Shown here: positions 42,666 through 52,962 of the stretch, piece by piece
Layout of the letters: the number at the start of each line of letters is the position of its first letter
Position numbering within the stretch: the first letter of the stretch is position 1
Source: Nostoc sp.
GTDB lineage: Bacteria > Cyanobacteriota > Cyanobacteriia > Cyanobacteriales > Nostocaceae
Direction: 5' to 3'
Assembly: GCA_036918135.1 (NCBI GenBank)
Contig: JBALDB010000051.1
Location: 32,001-96,000 of the forward strand
DNA: 64,000 bases
Translations under genes and position numbers: made by a program
Notes under the pieces: model-generated
What the model was told of the DNA's origin: nothing
The model's input: only the letters and a program-made list of their open reading frames with translations
Databases searched by the model: none

Positions 42666-45608
42666 TCATTTCACCTTGGTGCGGAAGCGCACAAAACCGT
42701 AAACATCTTTGACTAAAGTTGGTAAACCTGGACTGCGCGTGATATTCACCACCACAGCACCATTAGTATTAGTACCGCAGGATGATGGCGCTGACTCGTT
42801 AGCAGGATAAAAACGTCCGCGATCGCTATCTTCAACGTTGCTCAGGTAAACTGTAGGAGTGCTGGAACTGATTGCAAGGGCAATACCTCGGTCTGCTGTT
42901 GGTAAGCCGCCATCACTGGGAGTATTATTATTAAATGCACTGGAAATAAAAGTAGTATTACTCGGAACTAAGTCGCAGAATTTAACGTTAGTAGCATCAT
43001 TTGGCCCTTTGGAAAGAAAGTAAATAGTGTATTCCAACTCATCTCCTGGCTTCACAGTCCCAGCATTAATCAATCCCCGCAAATAGCCAACAGGCCATTT
43101 TGCATCGTTATCATCAGAAGCATAGGGTTCTGGGATATAGTTGGCAGCAGTTGTCGCCACGTCGCTGCGACCATCTATAATATCGGTTAAATCCTGATTA
43201 TTGATGCGGGTGATGCGTTTGACTAACAAAAGCTTTGCATTCACACCAGTAGCACCATTATTGTTTTCGCCAACACTGGTAACGCGACTACCTGTAGTAT
43301 CAGTGTCTCTAGTTGGTAGGTAGTTTGTACATCGTGTGCTAGCGTTCCCACTGGTGGTTGCTTCCCAGCAAGCACTGACATTGGTATCCTGACCATTGGG
43401 AGTTAAGCTGATAGATTGACCATTACTAGCTCCAATTAAAGAAGACTGATATGTGTTGTCCCAGAGATTGAGAACACTTGCAGGAGGCGTATTAATTTCA
43501 TTACCACTGCCATAGGCGATATAGTCAATAATTTTATTTTGATTATCGTACAACCAGATATCATCACCCAAGTTGTTGAGTTTGGGAGTCTGTCCTAACC
43601 AAGCTTGAAAAGCTGCTCCTGTTGCTTGATGGTTGGCATTGTTATCCCCAATCCAAATTACAGCATATTTTCCCGCTTGTAGGGTTGTGCCGTTCGGAAA
43701 TGTATAAGTAAAGCCGTTAGTGCCATCATTATCATTAGCAGTCAGGTGTCCGTCTGCTAACTTCAAACCACTCAAATCTACAGTTGATGAAGAAGGATTA
43801 TAAAGTTCAATAAATTCATCGTTAGTGCTAGTAGTAGTGCCCGTTTCGCTATATAAAACTTCGTTGATTATGACTTTGCCAACATTCGATGAAACTGCAT
43901 CAATAATGTTAAATGGAGTTGGTTGAGTTTGACCGGGATAATAAGTCCATAAATCCAACCCTTTCGTATCTCCAAAAGAGCCGTTGCATGATGTCCCAGC
44001 GTTACCAAGGTTACCAGACTGACCAAATTTCCGGTCATTGCTGGCGGTGTCAAAACCATTAATTGGGTCGCTAAAGGCTGGGTTTGGCGGACTAATACCA
44101 CAGAGTACTTGACCAGACGTACCGATTTGAGTACCACCAATGGTTTTGTAACCGCGATCGTCATAAAATCCTCTAGTGTTGCCTATAGGATTAGCGGCAT
44201 TCAACATTGTAATGGTAGGACCACCAGTAAAATTGTTTTCTGCATCCAGCAAGGGAAAGTGATATTCACCTCCAAAGGTTCTGACACGAACTTTGTAATT
44301 ACTACCAACCGGAAAAAAATTGCCACTGTTATCTTTACCATCCCAACTAACAGCTTGTTGTCCTGTTGTAGCCATAGTTCCTCGCAGAAGACGGTTTTGG
44401 GAGTTAGTGGGATCAAAATTGCTGCCATCTCGGCTGATAATCAGTTCGTAAGTCCCTGTGACGTTGCTGCCAAAATTAAAAGTACCGCCTGTGCCGAATG
44501 AACTGTTATTTCCTGTAACTGTGCCGTTGAATTGTAAATTACTAACAGCAGGAATAATTGGGCTAAGGGGAATACCAGTTCCGTCTAAAGTTCCGTCTGG
44601 TTTGTAACGTTCAACGTATGGAAGTACGTTACTGTCGATGGAGTTAAAAAAAGTAGCGTATTGGGGACGAGCTAAGCTAACACTACCTTGAGGGTTTGTT
44701 AGCTGACTGTCTGCCCCTAGTATGTCGTGATAGAGAGGGGTTTTACCATCACTGTCAAAAAAGCCTACCTGATTACCATAGAGAACGAATCCATTCGGAT
44801 CTGTACCCCTGAGTTCTACTTTATATTGGAAGCCATCTGTGGTTACTGGATAGATTGGGAAGTTGAGATATCGACCATTATTACCAGTAAATAGAGCCAG
44901 ATAATAGCTGAATAAGCGTCCGTTTAAATCGGTTGTTGAAGTTTGATTGCTACTGCGTACTGTTACATCCCAAGCTGCAACACTCGTTCCTTGTTGAGTA
45001 TTAAAGTTGTTAGCATTGCTCAAATTAATCTCACCAGTAGGGGCACCATTAGCTGGTGAGTTACCCCCAGTAGGTCCATAGAAAACTATGTCATAAACTC
45101 CAGTGGATGGGGCTTTGTAGTAGCAGGGAATATAGCCATTGGGATTGCCTCCACCAGAAATAGCACGGGGACCATTTAACTCCTGTTGGCGAGTTGAGAT
45201 AACACCACTTCCAGCTTGAGAAGTACACACAAAATCTGGTGTGATAGGAACAGTTTCACTGCCAATACTACCAGTGACACGACCAGGATTGTAAACACGG
45301 ATATCACCGCTACCTACCCCAACTGCACTGGAACCCAAAAGAATATACTCATCTTTATTGGCATAAACCTTAAGCAACGTTCGTCGCAGCACAAGACCGC
45401 CATAAGTATCAGTACGCCACTCTAGGTTAGCTCGGCTACTACTGGCTGAGGCACTACTAGGATACAGTGTGCGACTACCTTCAGCCTGAGCAGATTGTAT
45501 TCCAAAATTCAGGCAGCACAGCCAGAGAGCAAAGCCAGTTAGTAGTTTTTTATAGCAATTGATGTGGTTATTATTGACCGCTAAAAGACATTTTAACAGT
45601 AGACTCAT
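42666..45608 (-). CDS. Large secreted protein with lamin-tail domain and DUF11-like C-terminal repeat
   Basis: Signal ending AQA; VIINEVLY...DEFIELYNP...VDLSG (lamin-tail domain); VKPGDELEYTIYF...CDLVP. Confidence 0.8.
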   Translation of the reverse strand: MSLLLKCLLAVNNNHINCYKKLLTGFALWLCCLNFGIQSAQAEGSRTLYPSSASASSSRANLEWRTDTYGGLVLRRTLLKVYANKDEYILLGSSAVGVGSGDIRVYNPGRVTGSIGSETVPITPDFVCTSQAGSGVISTRQQELNGPRAISGGGNPNGYIPCYYKAPSTGVYDIVFYGPTGGNSPANGAPTGEINLSNANNFNTQQGTSVAAWDVTVRSSNQTSTTDLNGRLFSYYLALFTGNNGRYLNFPIYPVTTDGFQYKVELRGTDPNGFVLYGNQVGFFDSDGKTPLYHDILGADSQLTNPQGSVSLARPQYATFFNSIDSNVLPYVERYKPDGTLDGTGIPLSPIIPAVSNLQFNGTVTGNNSSFGTGGTFNFGSNVTGTYELIISRDGSNFDPTNSQNRLLRGTMATTGQQAVSWDGKDNSGNFFPVGSNYKVRVRTFGGEYHFPLLDAENNFTGGPTITMLNAANPIGNTRGFYDDRGYKTIGGTQIGTSGQVLCGISPPNPAFSDPINGFDTASNDRKFGQSGNLGNAGTSCNGSFGDTKGLDLWTYYPGQTQPTPFNIIDAVSSNVGKVIINEVLYSETGTTTSTNDEFIELYNPSSSTVDLSGLKLADGHLTANDNDGTNGFTYTFPNGTTLQAGKYAVIWIGDNNANHQATGAAFQAWLGQTPKLNNLGDDIWLYDNQNKIIDYIAYGSGNEINTPPASVLNLWDNTYQSSLIGASNGQSISLTPNGQDTNVSACWEATTSGNASTRCTNYLPTRDTDTTGSRVTSVGENNNGATGVNAKLLLVKRITRINNQDLTDIIDGRSDVATTAANYIPEPYASDDNDAKWPVGYLRGLINAGTVKPGDELEYTIYFLSKGPNDATNVKFCDLVPSNTTFISSAFNNNTPSDGGLPTADRGIALAISSSTPTVYLSNVEDSDRGRFYPANESAPSSCGTNTNGAVVVNITRSPGLPTLVKDVYGFVRFRTKVK

Positions 45609-45914
45609 TTATGCTTCACTAGCTCCTGATTGAATTGGATGAGTGCGATGTCTGCCACAAGTCAGTCCGTGTCTAGGCAAAATTTAAAAGGTGAGCGACT
45701 ACGGTGGACGGCTTTCCCAGCATAAAGCAAGTAGCGTTAGCGAGGTACGAGCGTCACCCGAACGGCATTTATTAAAGAAGAATAAAAACCTCATGCACTT
45801 AGGCGATAGCTGCTTTTAGGTTACCCAAGTTGTACGAAAATCTACCATCTTGATTCAGATTCAACGTGCAATTCTCAAATTAAGACAGCGACTTTGTTGA
45901 TTTGGTCGCTCGTC

Positions 45915-46015
45915 TTAGATAAAAACTATTTTTTCTGCTACCAATTCTACCCACGGCAAAGTAATCTGCACTGCATTTACCAATCGCCTATCTGATGTCT
46001 AAAACTCGCATTCAA
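45915..46015 (-). pseudogene. C-terminal remnant of a PIN/VapC-like gene
   Basis: Minus strand reads ECEF*TSDRRLVNAVQITLPWVE, resembling the CEFWTADxRLxNAV...LPWV end of PIN proteins with W mutated to stop. Confidence 0.5.
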
Positions 46016-46765
46016 AACCGAATATACCAAGCAGCATCAAATGTTTTTAATCAGGTTACTCAACTTGGTGGGCTAATCACAACTGGATTGGAAGTTGTTG
46101 GCGGTAATCTTGGCAAGATAGGGAACGCATTAAGAAAAGGTGGGGTGCTATTAGAAAATGCCTATGGGTACATGAACCCACAGCCGAATCTTCAAGGTAA
46201 ATTCTTCTCTTTTATAAACACGGCTAATGAAAAATTGAGTTCTATTGCCGTAGTCGTCGCTATTTCTATTGCTTTTAAAGATGTACTAGGCGGTATCAGT
46301 AGCAGTACGGCTGATTTAAAAAGAGAGATATCGCAACCAAAGGATGAACACGGGAACCCAATTAAAGATACAGACGGTAGTATCATCCATTACAAACCAG
46401 GGATAGAAGTCCCAACACCAATAGTTGAAGAAGCTAAGAGAGAACAGGTAAAGGCTGATTCAACAAATTTTCTTGAGTTGGTATTAGAAGATATTTTTGA
46501 TGGAGGTGATTAATGACAACAACTACTCCAGTACAACCACCCGATGATAAGTTACCTGATAATTTTGACCCTTTTGAACATTGACAAAAAATTAGATATA
46601 CATTTAACTGAATATCAAGGTAGAAATCAGCATTATGAATATTTAATTAATCAACTTAATAATAAGTTAGTACACCAAGGAAATAGAATTAAGGACTGGA
46701 TTGACCAAATCACCACATATTTACACGAAAAAGGTGGATTCATCATCCGTGACCGCAGGCTTTAG
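46015..46765 (+). pseudogene. Joined fragments of three co-oriented genes, probable prophage-like relic
   Basis: 5'-truncated ORF ending 46513; TAATG-coupled ORF with GGAGGT RBS that stops after 23 aa (46513-46584); coiled-coil tail IDKKLDIHLTEY...FIIRD in another frame. Confidence 0.45.
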
Positions 46766-46777
46766 CTTACTGGGAAT

Positions 46778-48124
46778 TCAATTTAACGACAGAAACTCTT
46801 CTCCTGTCGTCGGATGAATGCCTATTGTTTCATCCAGTTCTTGCTTAGTAATGCCTTTACGAATTGCAACACCAAGACTTTGAATGATATCAGCTGCGTT
46901 TTCGCCCACCATGTGAGCGCCTAAAACTTCCTCAGAATCGCCATTTACCACTAACTTGATTGTCGCTTGCTTATCGTGTTGAGTTAGCTGATAGAACAGT
47001 GGTTGGAATTGGGTGTAGTAGCATTTTACAGATTCACCAAATTTTTCCCGTGCCTTGGTCTCAGTCATTCCTACACTAGCTGCTTCTGGACGGCAAAAAA
47101 CAGCAGAGGGGACATAATCATAATTGAGTTTTTGTGGCTTGCTGCCAAAAACTGTATTGGCAAAGGCAATACCTTCTGCCTTAGCCACTGGAGATAATTG
47201 GATGCGGCTAGTACAGTCACCTACAGCAAAGATATTTTCTTGGTTGGTACGGCTTTCTTCATCTACTTTGATTGCACCCTGTTCGCCAAGTTCAACACGG
47301 GCATTTTCTAAGCCTAGATTTTTAGTATTTGGGGTGTAACCTGTGGCAACTAGGATGGTATCTGCTGCAACTATTTCTCGGCTCTCACTAGTAATACTCA
47401 ACAACAAAGACTCTTGTGAATATTTGATTTTTTGAATGGTAGTGTTGGTGAATAACTTAATTCCCCGTTTACTCAAAGCTTGTCGCACTGTAGAGCGAAT
47501 GTCACCATCAAACCCTGATAAAATCATCTCTTCTTTTTCAATTACCGTTACTTGGCAGCCAAAAGCCTGCATCATACTAGAAAATTCTATGCCAATGTAG
47601 CCGCCGCCAATAATTGCCAAACGCTTCGGCAAATAGGGTAACTGAAACATTTCGCGAGATGTGATAGCGTATTCTATACCTGGGATATTTGGCTTCAGGG
47701 GTTGTCCACCCACAGCAATTAAAATTTTGTCTGCTGTAACTTTGCGTCCACCAATATTGATAGTATGGGCATCAATGAAAGTGGCACGTTCCGAAATTAT
47801 TTCAATTCCGGCTTTGTGCAATTGTTGAGAATAGGATTGGTTGATGCTGTCAACATGCTGGTATACAGATTTAATAAATAATGTCCAGTCAAAGTATGTT
47901 TGACAATCACTCCACCCATAACTACGCGCCATTTTATTTTGCAGGGCAAAGTCAGCAGCATAGACAATCAGTTTTTTGGGAACGCAGCCACGATTGACGC
48001 AGGTTCCACCAAGGGCTTCTTGTTCGGCAATCGCAACACGGACACCGTAGCTAGCTGCTTTTTTAGCTGCTGCCAATCCCCCAGGCCCAGCACCAATGAC
48101 AAACAAGTCGTAATCAAATGTCAT
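46778..48124 (-). CDS. gor: Glutathione-disulfide reductase
   Basis: GAGPGG, GGTCVNRGCVPKK, IGGGYIG, IGIHPT.GEE. Confidence 0.93.
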   Translation of the reverse strand: MTFDYDLFVIGAGPGGLAAAKKAASYGVRVAIAEQEALGGTCVNRGCVPKKLIVYAADFALQNKMARSYGWSDCQTYFDWTLFIKSVYQHVDSINQSYSQQLHKAGIEIISERATFIDAHTINIGGRKVTADKILIAVGGQPLKPNIPGIEYAITSREMFQLPYLPKRLAIIGGGYIGIEFSSMMQAFGCQVTVIEKEEMILSGFDGDIRSTVRQALSKRGIKLFTNTTIQKIKYSQESLLLSITSESREIVAADTILVATGYTPNTKNLGLENARVELGEQGAIKVDEESRTNQENIFAVGDCTSRIQLSPVAKAEGIAFANTVFGSKPQKLNYDYVPSAVFCRPEAASVGMTETKAREKFGESVKCYYTQFQPLFYQLTQHDKQATIKLVVNGDSEEVLGAHMVGENAADIIQSLGVAIRKGITKQELDETIGIHPTTGEEFLSLN

Positions 48125-48949
48125 AAAAATCTGTTCCTTTTCAACTTTTTGGAAAGCAGAGCTATTTCATCCCTTATAGTTATTTAGACAAAACTTCATC
48201 TACTGTCTTTGGGTGGACAAATCGAGATGAGAGCACACTGATATGTAGCAGATTGCCGCTTGAACCGCAATTACTACAAAAATAACAGCGATCGCCCAGG
48301 TATTGTTAAGTTACATGACATTTTGTTGGGGGAACAGACAACATACTTATTTTACAAGAGGTAAGTATTGGCGATCGCTTCCAATGGCCTATAACCCATC
48401 CCCTAATTTGGGCAAGTAGGCGATCGGACTTTTAGGCAGCAACCAAGCTGTAGAAAAACTGGAGATGCTTTGTTTGCAAATGATTACAATGAATCAAAGA
48501 AAATTTACATTTCCTGTGCATCCTGTGTCATTCCCAACTCTTTAAAACCATCCTCGACGCTTACGGCTGGTCAGATATCTCCATTGACTGCGATTTTCTT
48601 CTCGACTACGAAGAGGAAGAAGACACAGAAAACAGCAGTAGACGACAAAAGAAAAAACCCTGGCGTTATCGTTGGTGCGCTATGAAATGGGGTTTTAACC
48701 TCCACAATTAAATTAAGTTATGCAAAAACAAAATATTATCCCTCATGTGTCACTTTCCGAGCAGCCAATCTCTGAAAGCTTTATCGGTCAGTCAATACAG
48801 GCTTTCCTATTAGAAAAAAATAGGTCTTGCATTTGTTATTAGAAAAAAATTGCGCGACGCTTAGTAGATAAAAACTCTAGAAATCACAAATGGCAAATGT
48901 TTTCCCAGAGTGACAGAACAGGGATAAATGATAAATAAAACGATATCTC

Positions 48950-49234
48950 TAACCTCTGGCGAAGTGCGATCGCCTCACCATTGACAGCGAAAATAATTTC
49001 ATGTACCTTAGCCAAATTATAAATGCGACACTTGGAGGTTTTTACCCGGAACCTTTCGAGTACAACCAGTTAACCTCGGATTTAGCAGCACATTATCAGC
49101 AGCATTTACAAAATATGATTTCATTTGAGCAAGAGGAAGGCTTTAACATAGCTGTACTAAATGTATTAGTCCAGCAAAAACAACCAATATCAGTAGAAGC
49201 GATCGCTCATATAGAATTAGTATTTGATTTTTGA
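48950..49234 (+). pseudogene. Fragment of an ATP-binding (NACHT-like) protein gene capped by a MITE
   Basis: SENNFMYLSQI...L..HYQQH...PISVEAIA; last codons and stop lie inside MITE copy 3. Confidence 0.4.
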
Positions 49235-49324
49235 AAAAAACTCAGTACTACTTCCAAAGCTTTTTACCTGTTCCCTGTTCCCTCCCTACACAAATAATTT
49301 CAGGAATCAAACCAGATTCCTATA
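49209..49324. mobile_element. TA-flanked MITE, family A copy 3
   Basis: ATAGAATTAGTATTTGATTTTTGAAA...TTTCAGGAATCAAACCAGATTCCTATA imperfect TIRs; internal (CCTGTTC)2. Confidence 0.7.
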
Positions 49325-49434
49325 TAATGGTCAAGTTCAACAATGCTAGGAGTAATTAGCCGTTCAATTATCGGTAGTAATTCTTCCGGTATTGGGTCAT
49401 CTTCCCATAAATTCTGGTCAGATTACACACATTG

Positions 49435-49491
49435 GCAGAGGCGCGAAACGGTCAATCCAGTTTGACTGAGCTTAGTCGTTGGTAAGGTCAT
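49435..49491 (-). pseudogene. N-terminal stub of an aldo/keto reductase gene
   Basis: MTLPTTKLSQTGLTVSRLC, typical AKR start (LGxTGLxVSxLCLG), then a stop within 4 codons. Confidence 0.6.
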
Positions 49492-49567
49492 GGGGTTGTT
49501 GATTGAAAGTTGTTAATTGAGAAAATGTTGAAATTTCTAAATAGAATGCGATCGCATAACTAAAAGA

Positions 49568-50197
49568 CTATATTTTTTTAGGCGTGAACCAATTTAACCA
49601 ACCTTCCCAGTTTTGTACGATCGCGGCAAATTCTGCATAACCATCTGCTTTTGGATGAGCGCCGTCATTGGCTTTTGCTTCTGTTAACCAGATCGGTGAC
49701 TTCACCAAACTAGAAAACACATCAAGATACGGAACATTTAACTCATTACAAACTAACGCAAATTCCTGTGATAGATTTGCAATAATTTGATTTCTTTTTT
49801 CTTGCTCGACATCACCACATGGTGGCGGCCCAACCATCAAGACAGGATAGAGTTGCTTTGCTTGGGTCAGGATGCTGTGAGCATTTGCGATCGACTCTGA
49901 AAGTTCGATTCCTTGCTTTCTACCTGCCCATCCTGAATCGTTTACCCCAAAGGAAAACACTACTCGACCATCGCATTGTAGTGGGAGCCGATAGGAGACT
50001 TCTGAGTACCAACGTTGTTTGAGATATCGACTCGTCTCTGCCCGTACTCCCAAGTTGTAGTGAGTGATTGCGTATCCTTTAGATTCAGTATTGTGACACA
50101 CTCTACCTGTCCAACCCAAAAACTCTGGATCGCCTGTACCATTAACAAACGATTCACCAATAAAACAAATTCTGATTTCTTTGCGAAAATCTGACAT
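49568..50197 (-). CDS. GDSL/SGNH hydrolase
   Basis: FIGESF..GTGD, NLGVR, FGVND, DGAHP. Confidence 0.9.
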   Translation of the reverse strand: MSDFRKEIRICFIGESFVNGTGDPEFLGWTGRVCHNTESKGYAITHYNLGVRAETSRYLKQRWYSEVSYRLPLQCDGRVVFSFGVNDSGWAGRKQGIELSESIANAHSILTQAKQLYPVLMVGPPPCGDVEQEKRNQIIANLSQEFALVCNELNVPYLDVFSSLVKSPIWLTEAKANDGAHPKADGYAEFAAIVQNWEGWLNWFTPKKI

Positions 50198-50601
50198 TAG
50201 TAACCTGAATTTTGGTGCTGGAGGTTTTCGTCGTTGTGGATTGAAAAAGCAGAATTTAGAAACTGGGTTTCTTTGGTAAAGATTACGACGTGTGTTCTGC
50301 CCTGCTTCTCTACGAGAGGCTTACACCAACGCGATCGCTCTTTAGTCAAGCTGTATTGCCTTACCCCACCAAACTCGTTTAAACAGCTTGCCCGTTTGCT
50401 CGTGCAATATTTTGTAATGTTTTAACTTTAGATCTTTCCAGTCAGGTAACATTAGTAACACCACAAATAAGGTAAAAAATTATCTATCTTCAGTAGTATT
50501 TATGCATTATGGCTATCCGACTCAAAGATGATACTAATATCAAGCAAATATTGTCAAGTATCTCAGTACGAAATTGTTCTTTACATACTTTTCCACAAAT
50601 T

Positions 50602-50790
50602 ATGGCTAATCAAGACGACAAATCAAAAACAGACTTATCTAAAAAAGAATTAACTGATAAACAGGAAGTAACAGCCGAGGGTTCATTATCTGCTTCTACT
50701 TCTACTGATGATCGTGGTTTAATTAATGTCTTGAATAATGTAGATATTCTTGGTTTAAATAATAAAGATTCATATTCAGAAGGAAGTTGA
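50602..50790 (+). CDS. Small acidic orphan protein (62 aa)
   Basis: MANQDDKSKTD...GLINVLNNVDILGL...; isolated ORF followed by hairpins. Confidence 0.45.
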   Translation: MANQDDKSKTDLSKKELTDKQEVTAEGSLSASTSTDDRGLINVLNNVDILGLNNKDSYSEGS

Positions 50791-51501
50791 ATCAGATTTC
50801 CGTAACCTAAAACCGAACTAAAAACAAAACCAGCCAGCAAATCAAACTTAGGAAGTCTCCTGCTGGCTAGTCATAAAAGTAGTTGTTGTAATGTTGCTGT
50901 ACTATTACCCCACCACGTTACAACAGCTAACTTAAGTATTTTTCACTGTTGTTATGAATTTAGCCCAAAGCCCAGGGAATCGCAGCAATGCCCTATCCCT
51001 GGGCTTCTTATTTTATGTCCATCCACAACCCCTTACACAGCCTTCTACAGCCCTCTACAGCCCTCCAATAACTTGACTATTTACTTTGTCAACCTTTTGC
51101 ACAGCCTACAAGGGGGCTTTGCTTTATCCTTGTTGCCAGCCAATCAGCCATGACCACCCACCGCACCGCCCCAAAACAATATAACTAATTGTCCGTAACC
51201 AAATTTAATTTTAGTATAAAATAAACTGCCTAAAAATAAAACAGGTGTTCGTGAGTGGTATAGGTAGTATATAAGCCGCCCGCGCCACCTATAGACAGAA
51301 AAAATACCTCTAGTTATGGCTTACAGCGATTTTAATTTTCGAGATTTTTTAGGAATTTTTTGGAAATTTTTGAGTCAAAAATACGTAGATAATCATCAGG
51401 CTAAATTGGGCTGAAGTTAGCCCAAATAATACTCCTTTAATTTTATCGAGATTATGTATATTTTGGGGGTAATTGCTGTTTTTAAAAACTGAGTTTAGTT
51501 T

Positions 51502-52050
51502 TTAGCGATCGCGCCAGAGTGCAATGTGATGGGCAAAGTCGGCTAGTTCCGGTCGCTTTGTTGGATCGACGAAGTAACCAGTACCAGCGATCGTAAAATC
51601 GAACTCGAAAACATCATCATTAACTTGAGCGACGATGCGATTGCCTTGGTCTTTAGCGTCTCTCCACGGTGCGGATAGGTGCAGGTGGAAGTTAGAGAAC
51701 GCAGTTACTCGCTCGATTGCGTCGGTTGGTGGTGTAGAGCCAACCTGATTAAACCGCCAAGCTTGGAACCAGCGAGCTGCATCAAACAGTTGCGGATAGT
51801 TGTAGTAAGCACCAGGATACCCACGCACGCGAATCACTGGCAGTGAAGCGATCGCAGACCGTCGTGCGAACAGGTGTACTGCCTTCGCTCCTGATTCGAG
51901 TGCCACTCCTGCCGCATCAAAGGCCGAAGCCGCAGCACCCAGCACTGCCACGGTCTTGCCACGCAGCCCACCGAAGTCGATTTCATCAGCAGTATGTGCA
52001 TATAAACTGTGTGGCAGAGATGCCAGTACAGGCGGTATATAGGGGCCACC
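51502..52050 (-). pseudogene. Internal fragment of an FAD/NAD(P)-dependent monooxygenase
   Basis: AHTADEIDF..LRGKTVAVLGAAASAFD, IAGTGY; no N-terminal FAD motif; ends at HIP1 site 51505-51512. Confidence 0.8.
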
Positions 52051-52051
52051 A

Positions 52052-52753
52052 CATCTAAGTGAACCGCTTAGAGATGGTTTACTGGTAATGGCAGTAGCAT
52101 CGGGGCCCCCAGCTTTACCAAAACTTGCTCATATAGTCAAGGGGAATATAGCTTTTTCCGTGGGGTTAATGATGTTGCTGATGTTGGGCACAATCGTTTA
52201 TATGCCGATTGTATTGCCTTTAGTGGTAGAAAGCGTACAAATCAATTCCTGGGAGATTGCGGAACCCTTATTATTAATGATGGTCAGCCCATTGGTAATT
52301 GGGCTATTCATCAAAGCTAAATTTCCAGCGATCGCTATAACTCTTGGGCCGATTTTGTTCAAATTATCTAATGGTGGATTATTTTTAGGTCTAGTAGTCA
52401 GACTGGTAGTTCATACTAACGATATGATTGCCTTATTAAAAACAGGTGCAATCTTTGTTTGTGCTGTATTTATTCTCTTTTCTTTTAGTGTAGGCTATCT
52501 TTTAGGTGGCCCTGGTATTGACACTCAAAGAGTGCTAGGAGTCGGAACAGCTCAACGCAATTTTGCCGCCGCATTATTAGTAGGTGCAAGCAACTTTGAA
52601 GATCCTAGCGTGGTGAGCATTATCATGGTGACAAGTATATTAATGATGGTTACAGTTCTCATCGCCGGGCCAAAGTTCACAGAAATAGATCGGCCAACTA
52701 ATGCATCCCACATTTTGCACCCAAGACTGGCACACAGAGAAAGCAGTAAGTAA
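52052..52753 (+). pseudogene. 5'-truncated bile acid:sodium symporter family gene
   Basis: LSEPLRDGLLVMAVASGPPALPKLA, GTAQRNFAAAL; first TM helices missing; frame abuts the oppositely oriented oxidoreductase fragment. Confidence 0.7.
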
Positions 52754-52962
52754 ATAAAGAAAGGTTGTAAAAATTAAGACTATGACTTTATATAAGTAAA
52801 GCGAGCAGTAAGAATTAAAGCAAAAGTCAAAAAATAAATAAAATCAGCAATTCATATAAATCTTTCTGAGGAGGGACAGACTTACTCAAACCTCACGAGA
52901 ATATAGAAAAAGTGAGTTTGCTTGTCATAACCGATAAAACTTGTAGTCTGGAGTTAATAATA

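Noticed and set aside
52052..52076. Quasi-palindrome CATCTAAG...CTTAGAGATG as a recombination site
   Set aside because: It reads as normal symporter coding sequence (LSEPLRDG), so it is probably coincidental
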